This document shows positions 31,579-41,032 of a stretch of DNA of 64,000 bases, one piece after another (position 1 is the first letter of the stretch; every line of letters begins with the position of its first letter). This DNA is from Thermoanaerobaculia bacterium (GTDB taxonomy: Bacteria > Acidobacteriota > Thermoanaerobaculia > Multivoradales > Multivoraceae): contig OY761158.1 of NCBI GenBank assembly GCA_963664405.1, positions 2,592,001-2,656,000 on the forward strand, in the 5' to 3' direction. Made by a program: the position numbers and the translations under genes. Below the pieces are notes generated by a model, which was given only the letters and a program-made list of their open reading frames with translations, did no database searches and was not told where the DNA came from.

Positions 31579-32136
31579 TCACTTCTTTCGCTGCCAGAAC
31601 AGATCGTACTCGGTCTCCCAGGTCTTGCCCCCGTCGGACGAAAGCAGCGATAGCTCGCGGATCCGACCGTCGGGCAGGTTGAAGTAACTGAAGCGGGCCG
31701 TCGTCCCCTTCGCTAGCGGCTCCTTGGTGACGAAGCGTAATTCGTTGCCAACCATCTTTCCGTCGTCGAAGAGCGCGCGCTGTGTCCGCCACGGGGGATT
31801 CTCAGCCCACCAAGTCTCCGGGCCTGGCCTCGTCGACGCCGCGAAATACCTCCAGTCCTTTTGTTCGCGGCGGTAGGCCATGATGGCCAAGACATCTACA
31901 TTGCCCTCGGCGATACCCTTCCACGTCTCCACCAGGTAACAGCCCTCGGGACCTAGCTCCCAGAGGACTTCGGAAAGAAGCGTGCCGTCGCCTTGGTTGA
32001 CCTCCCATTCCCCGACCAGAAAGTGCGCGTCGGCGCATTCGGGGTCCGCCAGCGCGGAAGATTGTGCAGTTGCGATCGACGCACAGAAGAGGGTGGCTGC
32101 CACCGATGCGCGGCCGAGATCTCGTGTCAAACCCAT
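31579..32136 (-). CDS. Secreted DUF1579-like protein
   Basis: Signal peptide; HFLVGEWEV, GCYLVETW, SSDGGKTW. Confidence 0.72.
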   Translation of the reverse strand: MGLTRDLGRASVAATLFCASIATAQSSALADPECADAHFLVGEWEVNQGDGTLLSEVLWELGPEGCYLVETWKGIAEGNVDVLAIMAYRREQKDWRYFAASTRPGPETWWAENPPWRTQRALFDDGKMVGNELRFVTKEPLAKGTTARFSYFNLPDGRIRELSLLSSDGGKTWETEYDLFWQRKK

Positions 32137-32178
32137 GTCGTCCTCCTTCTGGAGATGCGCCGATTCGCAGTCGATTCG

Positions 32179-32721
32179 CTACGCGGGCAGCGGCCCGACC
32201 TGCTCGAACCAAACCTGTACCTTGCCCTGGTCGACGAGGAACATACATGTATTGGTCACCGTTTGAGGGCCATCGGTGGTGGTGAAGTTCTCTCGACGCA
32301 CGTGAATGACCACGTGTCCCAGCGCTTCTTCACGCGTGATCGTGAACTTCGGATCCTTCAGTGGAGGCATGACCCTCTTCATCGCGTCCAGGATCGTCGC
32401 TCGGCCCTTCATCTCCGAGCGGGCCCACTCCCCGCTCGCCGCATGAGTCCAGAACCGGGCATCCTCGGCGAGGAGGCTCGAGAACCGATCCCAGTCCATG
32501 GTCTCGAGCGCCTTGATGAAGTCGCGCGTCGTCTGTCGATTCGCCTTCTCGTCCGCCGTCAAGGCGGCCCCCGGCTCCGGCGCCGTCAGGGCGGCGCGCG
32601 CCGACCGCGGGACGAAGGCCGCCGCAACGACTCCCAACGACGTCGATGCCAGCAGACGACGGCGATCGACGAGACGTCGCGCCTCGCGGACGAGGCGTGG
32701 TGCCTCGGGTGTCGCTCTCAT
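32179..32721 (-). CDS. Tat-exported limonene-epoxide-hydrolase-like protein, paralog
   Basis: ATG 2 nt after the receptor stop; DRRRLL signal; VIHVRRE, GKVQVW. Confidence 0.72.
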   Translation of the reverse strand: MRATPEAPRLVREARRLVDRRRLLASTSLGVVAAAFVPRSARAALTAPEPGAALTADEKANRQTTRDFIKALETMDWDRFSSLLAEDARFWTHAASGEWARSEMKGRATILDAMKRVMPPLKDPKFTITREEALGHVVIHVRRENFTTTDGPQTVTNTCMFLVDQGKVQVWFEQVGPLPA

Positions 32722-32723
32722 CT

Positions 32724-35552
32724 CTACCAGTCCACACCCACCCGCACCGCCAGCCGCCGCGGATAGGTGTACTGCGAGGGAGTGAGCGCAAGGGGGTATA
32801 AGCCGTAGCCCCCCCAGAAATGGTTGGTGTCGTCGTCGAGGACGTTCAACACCTGGAGGTCGACGGCCAACCCGAGCCGATCGCCGAGGAGGAACCGACG
32901 CGAGAGACCGAGGTCGAGGTTGGTGTTGGTTGGCATCCGGCGGTCGCCGGTCATCGGCTCGAGTGGAACCGTGACAGCCCCCTGGTTCATTCCGGTCACC
33001 CGCGCCAGATGTCGGTACGGTCTGCCGTCCTGATAGTTGAAGCTGCCTGTCGCCTTGAGCTGCCAGGGCAGGTCGACCATTCCCTGAACCCGAAACACCC
33101 ACGGACGGTCGGCTTGTCCGAGGCCTCCATTGTAGAGATGGTGGTTCGGATCTTTGCCATTTGTAACGACGAAGAAAGTGCCCCCCTGGGTCTGGGCGTC
33201 TGACTGAGGCTGGAATCCCTTCGTCTCCGACCAGGCGAGGGACGAGCTCAGCGACCAGCGGCCGGTGTGGCGCTTCGCGAAGGTGAGGAAAACGGCCTGG
33301 TACTCCTGCTCGTACTTCGAGCCTGGTGGGACGTTGGCGTCCGCACCGGGCGCGTTGCCTTTTCGAGCGGTGGGCTCCACGATGATGTTCTTGAGGATGA
33401 TCGTCTCGCCGGTCAAGGGGTTGACGTAGGGAAAGTCCTCGTAGACGCCGCCGTCGTCGAGCGACCAGCCAATCATATCCGTCGTGTCATGTTTGACGAG
33501 CTGAAGGCCGACGACGTAGTTCCCGAGCTGCTGGTCGTAGCCGACGGCGAACTGGTCCGTCTGGGGTCGCTCCATGCCCTCGCGCGGTAGCCCGAAGGTG
33601 TCCTCCGAGGTCTCGAAGTAGTAGTAGAACGGGCCGTACCGGTTGGAGCTGGAGCCGAAGCGCGCCTGGGGCCGGTCGGGGTGCGGTTGTTGCCACATGG
33701 AAGTGATGTTTTGTTCGTGGTACCTGCCGGCCGACGCCCGCAGGACCCCTTGCTTGCGTCCCTCACCGACCTGGTAGGCGATTCCGAGGCGCGGGTCGAC
33801 GCTGTCATAGTCGACGACGTCGGGGTAGTTGGGCGTGAACTCTCCGGGAACGACGACGCCGCAGCCGATCTCGTTACAAAGGTATTCCTCGAGTACCGGA
33901 AAGGGGGGCAGATCAGCCCCGTCCTGGTCGGCGCGCACTCCGATGTTCAGGGTCAGCCTGTCGGTGATACGCCACGAGTCGTCGACGTAGAGCCCGATAG
34001 CCTCTGCTTTGGCGCCGTAGTAGTGAACTGCGCGGGAGTAGATGTAGTAGTTGGCCCCGATTTTGGAGTAGTACTTGCCGCCGAAACCGGGATAGACGGC
34101 TCCTGCCTTCTGACTGCTGTTGTTGTACTGGATACCGAACTTGAACTCGTGGCTGCCGGCGAGATCGTCGGCGAAGTGCGTCACCTTGGCGTGGCCGCGA
34201 GACCACCAGACGGGGTAGAGATAAGGATAAATCAATCCGCCCAGGGAGGTGGCGGGAGACGTGTTGAAGTCGATGAATGGCGACTCAAAACTGCCGGTCG
34301 CCGCGGTATGATGGGTCAAGGTGTAGATGTTCGACCAGTTGCCCTCGAAGAGGGTGTTGGAACCCAGAACCCCCTGGTAGCCGAGCCGAGTGTACGGCTG
34401 GCCGCTTGCCTGCTGGATGCCGACGGAATTCGGGTTGGCGAGTACGCGACCCCCTGTCGTTGAGAAGCTCGGTCTCTTAACGTCTTCCCACTGGTACCCG
34501 CCCGTCAGCGTATGCGACGGGTGGATCGACCAATCGACCTTGAGGTTGTAGTGGTCTGCCTGACCGTCGGGGATGGTGATGCTAGGAGTGGCGCCGGGAT
34601 TGCGCATGAGCTCCTCCCTCAACCCGATCGAGAGGAAATAGAACAGCTTGTCCTTCTTGATCGGCCCGCCCGACCACAGGGAGTAACTCTCGTAGGTAAC
34701 TCTCTCGAAGCCGCGCTCCACCCCGAACGCGTCCGCGACCTTGGGCCCGGTGGCGGTGGTGTCGTCCCACTCACCGTTATAGGCCAGACGCCCATGGTGG
34801 GTGTTGGTCCCCGACTTGGTGACCACGTTGATGGCCACTCCGGTCATGTTTCCGTACTCCGCCGGGGCGCCGGCGCCGAGCACCTGATACTCGGCGATGG
34901 CGTCGGGGTCGATAGACCCACCAAAGGGAGCGCCGTCATCTGGAATGGAGACGGCGAGTCCGTCGACGTTCCACCCCAGCGACCCAAAATCGCGACCGTA
35001 CGCCCCGATGAACCCCTGATACTCTCCGACGCCCCCGACGCGACCTATCGCGTTGACGCCAGGGGCCAGCAGGGCGAACTCCTGGTAGTTGCGCGTCGTC
35101 GTCGGCAGAGCGTCGATGAGCTCTTCCTGGAAGTCCATGCTGACGGAAGAGCTCGTCACATCGATGAGGGGCGCCTCCGAGATCACCGTGATCGCCTCTT
35201 CGACCCCGGCGACACGCATGGTGAGGTTCACGGTGGCGGCGCCGGAGATGGAGACACGCACACCTTGGACCTCGGCGTTCTCGAGGCCCTCGAGCGTTCC
35301 GGTCACCGTCACGATCCCCGGCGGGAGCCCGGGGATCAACCACTCGCCAGTGGCTCCGGTCGTCGAGGTGCGCTCACCACGTACGACGTCGCCCGTCACC
35401 TGCACCAGCACCCCGGGGAGAGGATCGCCATCCGGCGAGCTGACCGTCCCCCGTACGGTGCCGACGTTTTGCGCGTAGACGGTTGCTGCAGGTAGCAGCG
35501 CCGTTGCGAGAAGAACGAAAGGCATCGCCGAGGTAATGGGACGTAGCCGCAT
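32724..35552 (-). CDS. Oar-type TonB-dependent receptor
   Basis: Signal peptide, carboxypeptidase-like N domain, INVVTKSGTN, GGPIKKDKLFYF, DDSWRITDRLTLNIGVR, C-terminal W; AGGAGG RBS. Confidence 0.92.
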   Translation of the reverse strand: MRLRPITSAMPFVLLATALLPAATVYAQNVGTVRGTVSSPDGDPLPGVLVQVTGDVVRGERTSTTGATGEWLIPGLPPGIVTVTGTLEGLENAEVQGVRVSISGAATVNLTMRVAGVEEAITVISEAPLIDVTSSSVSMDFQEELIDALPTTTRNYQEFALLAPGVNAIGRVGGVGEYQGFIGAYGRDFGSLGWNVDGLAVSIPDDGAPFGGSIDPDAIAEYQVLGAGAPAEYGNMTGVAINVVTKSGTNTHHGRLAYNGEWDDTTATGPKVADAFGVERGFERVTYESYSLWSGGPIKKDKLFYFLSIGLREELMRNPGATPSITIPDGQADHYNLKVDWSIHPSHTLTGGYQWEDVKRPSFSTTGGRVLANPNSVGIQQASGQPYTRLGYQGVLGSNTLFEGNWSNIYTLTHHTAATGSFESPFIDFNTSPATSLGGLIYPYLYPVWWSRGHAKVTHFADDLAGSHEFKFGIQYNNSSQKAGAVYPGFGGKYYSKIGANYYIYSRAVHYYGAKAEAIGLYVDDSWRITDRLTLNIGVRADQDGADLPPFPVLEEYLCNEIGCGVVVPGEFTPNYPDVVDYDSVDPRLGIAYQVGEGRKQGVLRASAGRYHEQNITSMWQQPHPDRPQARFGSSSNRYGPFYYYFETSEDTFGLPREGMERPQTDQFAVGYDQQLGNYVVGLQLVKHDTTDMIGWSLDDGGVYEDFPYVNPLTGETIILKNIIVEPTARKGNAPGADANVPPGSKYEQEYQAVFLTFAKRHTGRWSLSSSLAWSETKGFQPQSDAQTQGGTFFVVTNGKDPNHHLYNGGLGQADRPWVFRVQGMVDLPWQLKATGSFNYQDGRPYRHLARVTGMNQGAVTVPLEPMTGDRRMPTNTNLDLGLSRRFLLGDRLGLAVDLQVLNVLDDDTNHFWGGYGLYPLALTPSQYTYPRRLAVRVGVDW

Positions 35553-35590
35553 CAGCCAATCCTCCTGAGAAGCCACCATTGCTGTTTTTT

Positions 35591-35634
35591 TAGGTCAATG
35601 ATCGATTGTGGAACACGGACGAAGACCATGTCAA
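35591..35634 (-). promoter_or_regulatory. Putative sigma70 promoter and TetR operator for the catabolic operon
   Basis: Minus-strand TTGACA-N18-CACAAT; imperfect palindrome TAGGTCA-A-TGATCGA at 35591-35605. Confidence 0.45.
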
Positions 35635-35766
35635 GCCCCCAAATGCGACTCTGTTCCGCGACACCATGAAGTGGCGCCATGAAGTGGGTCTACATCGCCG
35701 AGCAGAGCTTCGCAGTGGAAGCGTCCCGGCCGAGACGCGACAAGCGTCACTCCGGAACCAACAGAC

Positions 35767-36477
35767 TCAGCGCTCTGCGATCCACAAGACGGCGGCTACG
35801 ACTTCGTTCTCATAGGACGGGTGTCTCAGCCCGCGTATGCTCTCGAGAGTCTCGGGTGGCATCATCGTAGTACCGTCGATCATCGCCGCGACGAGGACGG
35901 CCTTGAGCCGCAGTTGGCTCGCGGTCGCTCCCGGCTGGAGCTCGCCCATAATCGGAGTCAACAGCTCGTAAGTGCGCTCCCAGAACTCGAGCCGGAGAGC
36001 CCGGAAACGTGGACTCCGCTGCGCAACGACGTTGAGAGCCCTCCAGATTGGGACGTGGCTCATCCCAGCGGGGCCATCCTCCCACCGAGCGATGAAGGCG
36101 CGGGTTATGGCACTCAACCTGTCTCTGGGTGTCTGCTCGCGCGCGCAGAGCAGAGCGATCAGCTCGGCGTCGGAGTCGGACTCGGCACAAAACAGCGCCG
36201 CGAGCAGATCCTCTCTGTTCGGGAAGTAGTACTGGAGGTTTCCTAGCGAGATCCCGAGGCCCTTCGCCACACCCCGCAAGAGACCGGAGCCGTTTTCGGA
36301 ATGGTGCAGATGGGCGCGGGCCGCGGCGAGGATCTCCTCACGTCGACGAGAACCCTTCTCCCCGTGGTGGTTCCGTTTCTTCTCAACTGTTGGGGTCTGC
36401 TCTGCAGATTCCAACGCTTCGACCTGTGTGGCTTCACTCGATGCAGGCATCTCTTCACGAGCAAGTGACTGGTTCAA
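35767..36477 (-). CDS. TetR/AcrR-family regulator
   Basis: RREEILAAA, LRGVAKGLGISLGNLQYYFPNREDLL. Confidence 0.9.
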   Translation of the reverse strand: MNQSLAREEMPASSEATQVEALESAEQTPTVEKKRNHHGEKGSRRREEILAAARAHLHHSENGSGLLRGVAKGLGISLGNLQYYFPNREDLLAALFCAESDSDAELIALLCAREQTPRDRLSAITRAFIARWEDGPAGMSHVPIWRALNVVAQRSPRFRALRLEFWERTYELLTPIMGELQPGATASQLRLKAVLVAAMIDGTTMMPPETLESIRGLRHPSYENEVVAAVLWIAER

Positions 36478-36554
36478 AAGCGATCCCGAAGCGCTCGGCG
36501 CGTCGAAGCTCTTAGACCTCGAGGTTTGACCCTTCAGCAGCGAGACCCTAGCAC

Positions 36555-37746
36555 GTCGGCGTGGGGCAGTCCTCTCCGATCGTCGTCGGCGACCGCCCCT
36601 TCATCCACGCACGACAGGGTGAGGAAGAAGTCGTCCTCGCCCTCGAGGCGTCCACCGGCGAGGAGCTGTGGCGGCATTCCTACACGGCACCGTTCGTGCG
36701 GTCGAACACGCCCTCCAGTATGGCCCTGGCCCCAAGTCGACGATGCTGGCCGATGGCGCTTCGGTCTACAGCTTCGGCATCCGAGAGCGCCTCCTCGCTT
36801 TGGATGCCAAGACCGGCGCCGTGCAGTGGGAGAAGAGCTTCGAGGACATCTACGACCCTCCCTACCCCGAGTGGGGAACGGCGGCGTCGCCGCTCCTCGA
36901 GGGAGATCTACTGATTGTCCCGATCGGCAACACGACCGAGGAACAGGAGAGGATCATCTCGCTCAGGGAGCTCTGGTTGCCTACGACAAGGCAACCGGCA
37001 AGGAGATCTGGCGAGCAGACGGAATCGCACCCGCCTACGCCTCGCCGATGGCGTTTGACATAGGAGGGGTTCGCCAGATCGTCAGCCTAGGCGACGAGAG
37101 CTTCTTCGGTGTGCGGGCGAGTGACGGCGAGCTCTTGTGGTCGACCGAGTTCGAAACCGCCTTCGACCAGAACAACGTCACCACCATTCTCTACGAGGGC
37201 ATGCTCCTCCTCTCGGGCTACCAGTGGGGCACCGCGGCGCTCAAGGTCGAGCCCCCGAGAGGGGGTGGCGGCGTACTCGTCGGTAATCGCGGTAGGGAAT
37301 CGCCTGCTGGCGCTGACCGACGCCGCCGAGCTCAAAGTGATCGCGGCCGACCCCGAGGGCTACCGGGAGCTGGCTTCCTGGGAGGTGGCGACGTCGACCA
37401 CCTGGTCGCACCTGGCGCTGGCCGGATCACGACTGTACGGTACGTGAAGGACGAAGAGAACCTGGCAAGCTTCGAGCTGCCCGCGCGCGACACCAAGGCC
37501 ACCGACAGCCACCCGACGCGCACCGCCGCCAAGGCTGAGGGGCGCGGAAAGGCTCACGGTTCGCACGACACCGAGGCGATGAAGATCGAGTGAGACGGCG
37601 AGACCGCCAACGTCAGCGGTGTTCGCTGGATTACGATAACCTTCGGACTCGAAATGCTGGTAGATCAGTGCGACGGAGAGTGGCGGCTCACCTTTATGGA
37701 CTTCGACAGTACAGGTGTCTCGAAAGGCACCCCGGGGAGAAACTGA
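36555..37746 (+). pseudogene. Degraded paralog of the PQQ-propeller gene at 21752-23500
   Basis: Colinear from GVGQSSPIV; 5'-truncated, several frameshifts, internal deletion near 37265. Confidence 0.88.
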
Positions 37747-37793
37747 CATGGGCTCCAGCTTCCACATCCAAGAGATTCGGAACGGAGGCCATC

Positions 37794-38567
37794 ATGCCGA
37801 CGATTGATCATTCTATGGACGGCAAGGTCGCACTGATCACCGGGGGCTCCAAGGGCATCGGTCGTGCCATCGCCCTGGCGTTTGCCGAGAACGGTGCCGA
37901 TGTCGCGATCGCGGCCCGAGGTCTCGAGGTACTCGAGGCTACGGGTGGAGAGCTGCGGGAGCTCGGCCACCGCGCATTAGCGATTCCCGCCGATGTCGGT
38001 AGCACCGAAGCACTCGACGACCTCTACGAGCAGGTGGTCGCCGAGCTCGGTGGCATCGACATCCTGGTCAACAACGCAGCCGCCGGCGGTGGCGGCACCC
38101 CGATCTCCGAACTGAAGGAGGAGGATTTCCAGCGGGTGATGGCAATCAACCTGTGGGGACCGATCAGGCTGTCACAGCTGTGCCGGACCTCGATGAAAGA
38201 GCGCGGCGACGGCATGATCATCAACATCGCGTCGAACGAGGGCGTCCGGGCGTCGCCAGGGCTGGGCATCTACCCGCCCTCCAAGGCGGCGTTGATCAAC
38301 TTCAGCCAGATGATCGGCAAGGAGTGGGCGAAGGACGGCATCCGCACGGCTGCCATCGCTCCCGGTCTGGTCCGGACTGAGCTGGCGGCGGGCCTGATCG
38401 AGTGGGTCGAGAAAAACAACATCGCCATCAACCCGATGGGCCGCATTGCGGAGCCGGAGGATATCGCGGCCCTGGTGTTGGCCCTGGCGACTCAGGCAGG
38501 AAGGTTCACGACCGCGACCACCTACGTTCTGGACGGCGGTGAGCTGAGTGCAGGGCCGCTAGGCTAG
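37794..38567 (+). CDS. Short-chain dehydrogenase/reductase, near-identical to 23547-24320
   Basis: Only a few amino-acid differences by eye. Confidence 0.92.
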   Translation: MPTIDHSMDGKVALITGGSKGIGRAIALAFAENGADVAIAARGLEVLEATGGELRELGHRALAIPADVGSTEALDDLYEQVVAELGGIDILVNNAAAGGGGTPISELKEEDFQRVMAINLWGPIRLSQLCRTSMKERGDGMIINIASNEGVRASPGLGIYPPSKAALINFSQMIGKEWAKDGIRTAAIAPGLVRTELAAGLIEWVEKNNIAINPMGRIAEPEDIAALVLALATQAGRFTTATTYVLDGGELSAGPLG

Positions 38568-38624
38568 ACTAGCCTCTGCCCTCGCGGCGTCGAGCCGCGT
38601 CAACGCCTCCAAACGGGACTCCAG

Positions 38625-39283
38625 ATGAAGTTGCTGGTGGCGAACCGAGGAGAGATCGCGATCCGGATCGTGCGGGCGGCGGCGGAGCTGGGCATCCCGA
38701 CGGTGGCGATCTATCCCGCCGATGATGCGGGGTCGCTGCATACCGGCAAAGCGGACGAGGCCTTCGCCCTCGAAGGCGTCGGCACGGCCGCGTACCTCGA
38801 CCTCGAGCAGATCATCGGCGTCGCTCGAGCTGCCGGCTGTGATGCCATCCACCCAGGTTACGGCTTCCTGGCGGAGAACGCGGACTTCGCGCGCCGATGC
38901 GCCGAAGAGGGTCTGACTTACATCGGCCCGAAAACGGAGGCACTGGAGCTCTTTGGTGACAAGGCCCGCGCCCGGGCCGCGGCGACGGCGGCCGGTGTGC
39001 CGATCGTCCGCGGCCTCGACCATGCGGTGTCCTTGGAGGAGGCAGCCGCCTTCTTCGACGATCTCGGCTCGCAACCCGGGCAGGGCCGCGCAATGATGAT
39101 CAAGGCGGTCGCGGCGGGGGCGGTGGTCGCGGGTCGCGGATGGTCGAGCGTGCCGAGGAGGTTGCAGCCACCTATGAGCGATGCTGCACCGAGGCGCAGA
39201 CCGCGTTCGGTAAGGGCGAGGTCTATGTCGAGGAGCTCATCCGGCAGGCGCGCCACGTGGAGGTGCAGATTCTCGGTGATCGA
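38625..39283 (+). pseudogene. Biotin carboxylase domain fragment
   Basis: LLVANRGEIAIR, IHPGYGFLAENA, ARHVEVQILGD; frameshift in the GGGG loop; truncated. Confidence 0.85.
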
Positions 39284-39284
39284 G

Positions 39285-39414
39285 GGGGACGCCGCCGACG
39301 TGCGGTATCTGAAGAACGGCGCGGCGAAAGCGATCCGCACCCTTCGCGCCGCCGACGCCGCACCCACGGATCGGGTGATCGGGTTGTCGCCGCTACAGAT
39401 TCAGCGCCGCTTCA
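39285..39414 (+). pseudogene. Possible tyrosine recombinase internal fragment
   Basis: ADVRYLKNGAAKAIRTL...GLSPLQIQRRF resembles the segment before the HxxR box; catalytic motifs absent. Confidence 0.4.
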
Positions 39415-39672
39415 CCGAACGAATCACCCAGGCCGCGGTAGAGAAGATCGGCGCAGGCGTGGTGGAGCGCCTCCGGGCCGGAGTCCTCCGGCATAACCAA
39501 CTGCGAAGGTATGAGAAGGAAGAGAAGAACGCGAGGGTTCATTGACTTGACTCGTTCGAGGGATAGGGCGGCGGGGTAGTAGCTGCCTCCCGGTTGGTGC
39601 CAACCCCCTGGGGGCTCCCCTACTTCCGGTTCACCCGCCGTCTGATTCCCTCTTTATGAGTTCCCCTCTCCC

Positions 39673-39936
39673 ATGCCGACCGCTGCCCCCAAGCACAGCT
39701 CCACGGTCTATAGCGGCAAACCGCGCGGATGGATCTACGGCGCGAGACATCGGCGTTGGAGACGAGCTGTTCTCGACCGTGACCCCCTCTGCGTAGGCTG
39801 GCCTTGCGGCCGGCATTGTCTAGAGGAGGCGCGCCACGCGGATCACATAACCCCGCTCCGGCTAGGCGGCGCGCCTTACGAGCTGGAGAACGGGCAAGGA
39901 CTTTGCCCCGGGGTGCCATGCCCGGAAGACGGCTGA
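39673..39936 (+). CDS. Phage HNH endonuclease (packaging-associated type), C-terminus probably frameshifted
   Basis: WRRAVLDRDPLC..C, ADHITP...GG, ENGQGLC; upstream of terS. Confidence 0.78.
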   Translation: MPTAAPKHSSTVYSGKPRGWIYGARHRRWRRAVLDRDPLCVGWPCGRHCLEEARHADHITPLRLGGAPYELENGQGLCPGVPCPEDG

Positions 39937-40190
39937 GGGCTTATAAGTGAGGAGTGTTAGTAGGGGTGATACCGGGCTCGGCAGCAAACACGCATCACCC
40001 CTCCCCTTATGTCAACATGTCGCGACTAGGACACCCCTGTGAGGCCCTGAGAGGCCACGTAGCGGCCCGAACGGGTACGGGTGGAGGGGTGGCCATTATT
40101 CTGATAAAATAGGCGATCTGACGACGCGCCCGTGTCCTAGATATCGTGTCAATATGAATTTTCCTAATTCCAAGCTAAGATGTTAGCCTA

Positions 40191-40679
40191 ATGAGACGCA
40201 GAACCCAGGCACAGAAGGAGCTACTAGGAACGGCTAGGGCGGATCGCTCCCTCAGTCATTCGCCTGTAGACACTGTGCACCCGAAGCCGCCCGCTGAGTT
40301 GTCGAATAAGGCAAGGGTCATATGGCGCAAGCTCTGTTTTCGCATGGCGGAGGACGGTACGCTCAAAGCTAAGTACGAGGGCGCTATGGCTGGCTGGTGC
40401 GCGGCCTGGGCGCGCTGCCGGGAGATGGAGGCTATACTTAAAAAAGACGGCCCCCAGGTGCTTCATACGGGCGTGAACGGGCAGGTAAATATGGCAAAGC
40501 ATCACCTATTACAGCCGCTCAACATGGAATATAAGTTAATGCGCTCGTTCCAGGCCGATCTTGGCTTGTCGCCAAAAGACGCACAAGTGCTAGATATCTC
40601 TGAGCCCGTTGACGAGGATGAGGATATAGGGGCGAGGTATCTGAGGGGCGATGATCCTAGACCCGATCGTCCAAACTGA
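40191..40679 (+). CDS. P27-family phage terminase small subunit
   Basis: PKPPAELSNKARVIW, HHLLQ, ADLGLSP. Confidence 0.82.
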   Translation: MRRRTQAQKELLGTARADRSLSHSPVDTVHPKPPAELSNKARVIWRKLCFRMAEDGTLKAKYEGAMAGWCAAWARCREMEAILKKDGPQVLHTGVNGQVNMAKHHLLQPLNMEYKLMRSFQADLGLSPKDAQVLDISEPVDEDEDIGARYLRGDDPRPDRPN

Positions 40680-40767
40680 CCCGGCGTCGGCCTACGCTGA
40701 GGCGGTTTGTGCAGGCGAGCTCGTTACCGGGCGGCTAGTGCGTCTGGCTTGTGAGCGCCACCTCTCC
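40651..40767 (+). pseudogene. Terminase large-subunit N-terminal fragment, followed by RepA-like scrap to about 40900
   Basis: AYAEAVCAGELVTGRLVRLACERHL, then the same junction as near 20005. Confidence 0.7.
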
Positions 40768-41032
40768 CACGGCCCCAAGGTGCCGAAACCTTGGCCGACC
40801 TGCCCGGCACGGTCCAGGCGCTCCGCGAAACTCCACTCCACCACCAGCGCGGCGGGGCTTCACCCAATCCGATCAGGTGCACCAACTTTGTCACGGCCAG
40901 CCCCCGCGAGCCGAAGCCTTGAGCCGCGCTGTCATTATCGCCTCTGACCGGCGTTGTTGCATGAACACAGGCTGCGGTGGCTGCGGGTGGAGCGGCGTAG
41001 GCTACTGAACAGGCAGGATTGAAGGAGAGGTC

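Noticed and set aside
38625-39545. 306-aa ORF as one protein
   Set aside because: Chimera of biotin carboxylase, integrase-like and unrelated fragments.
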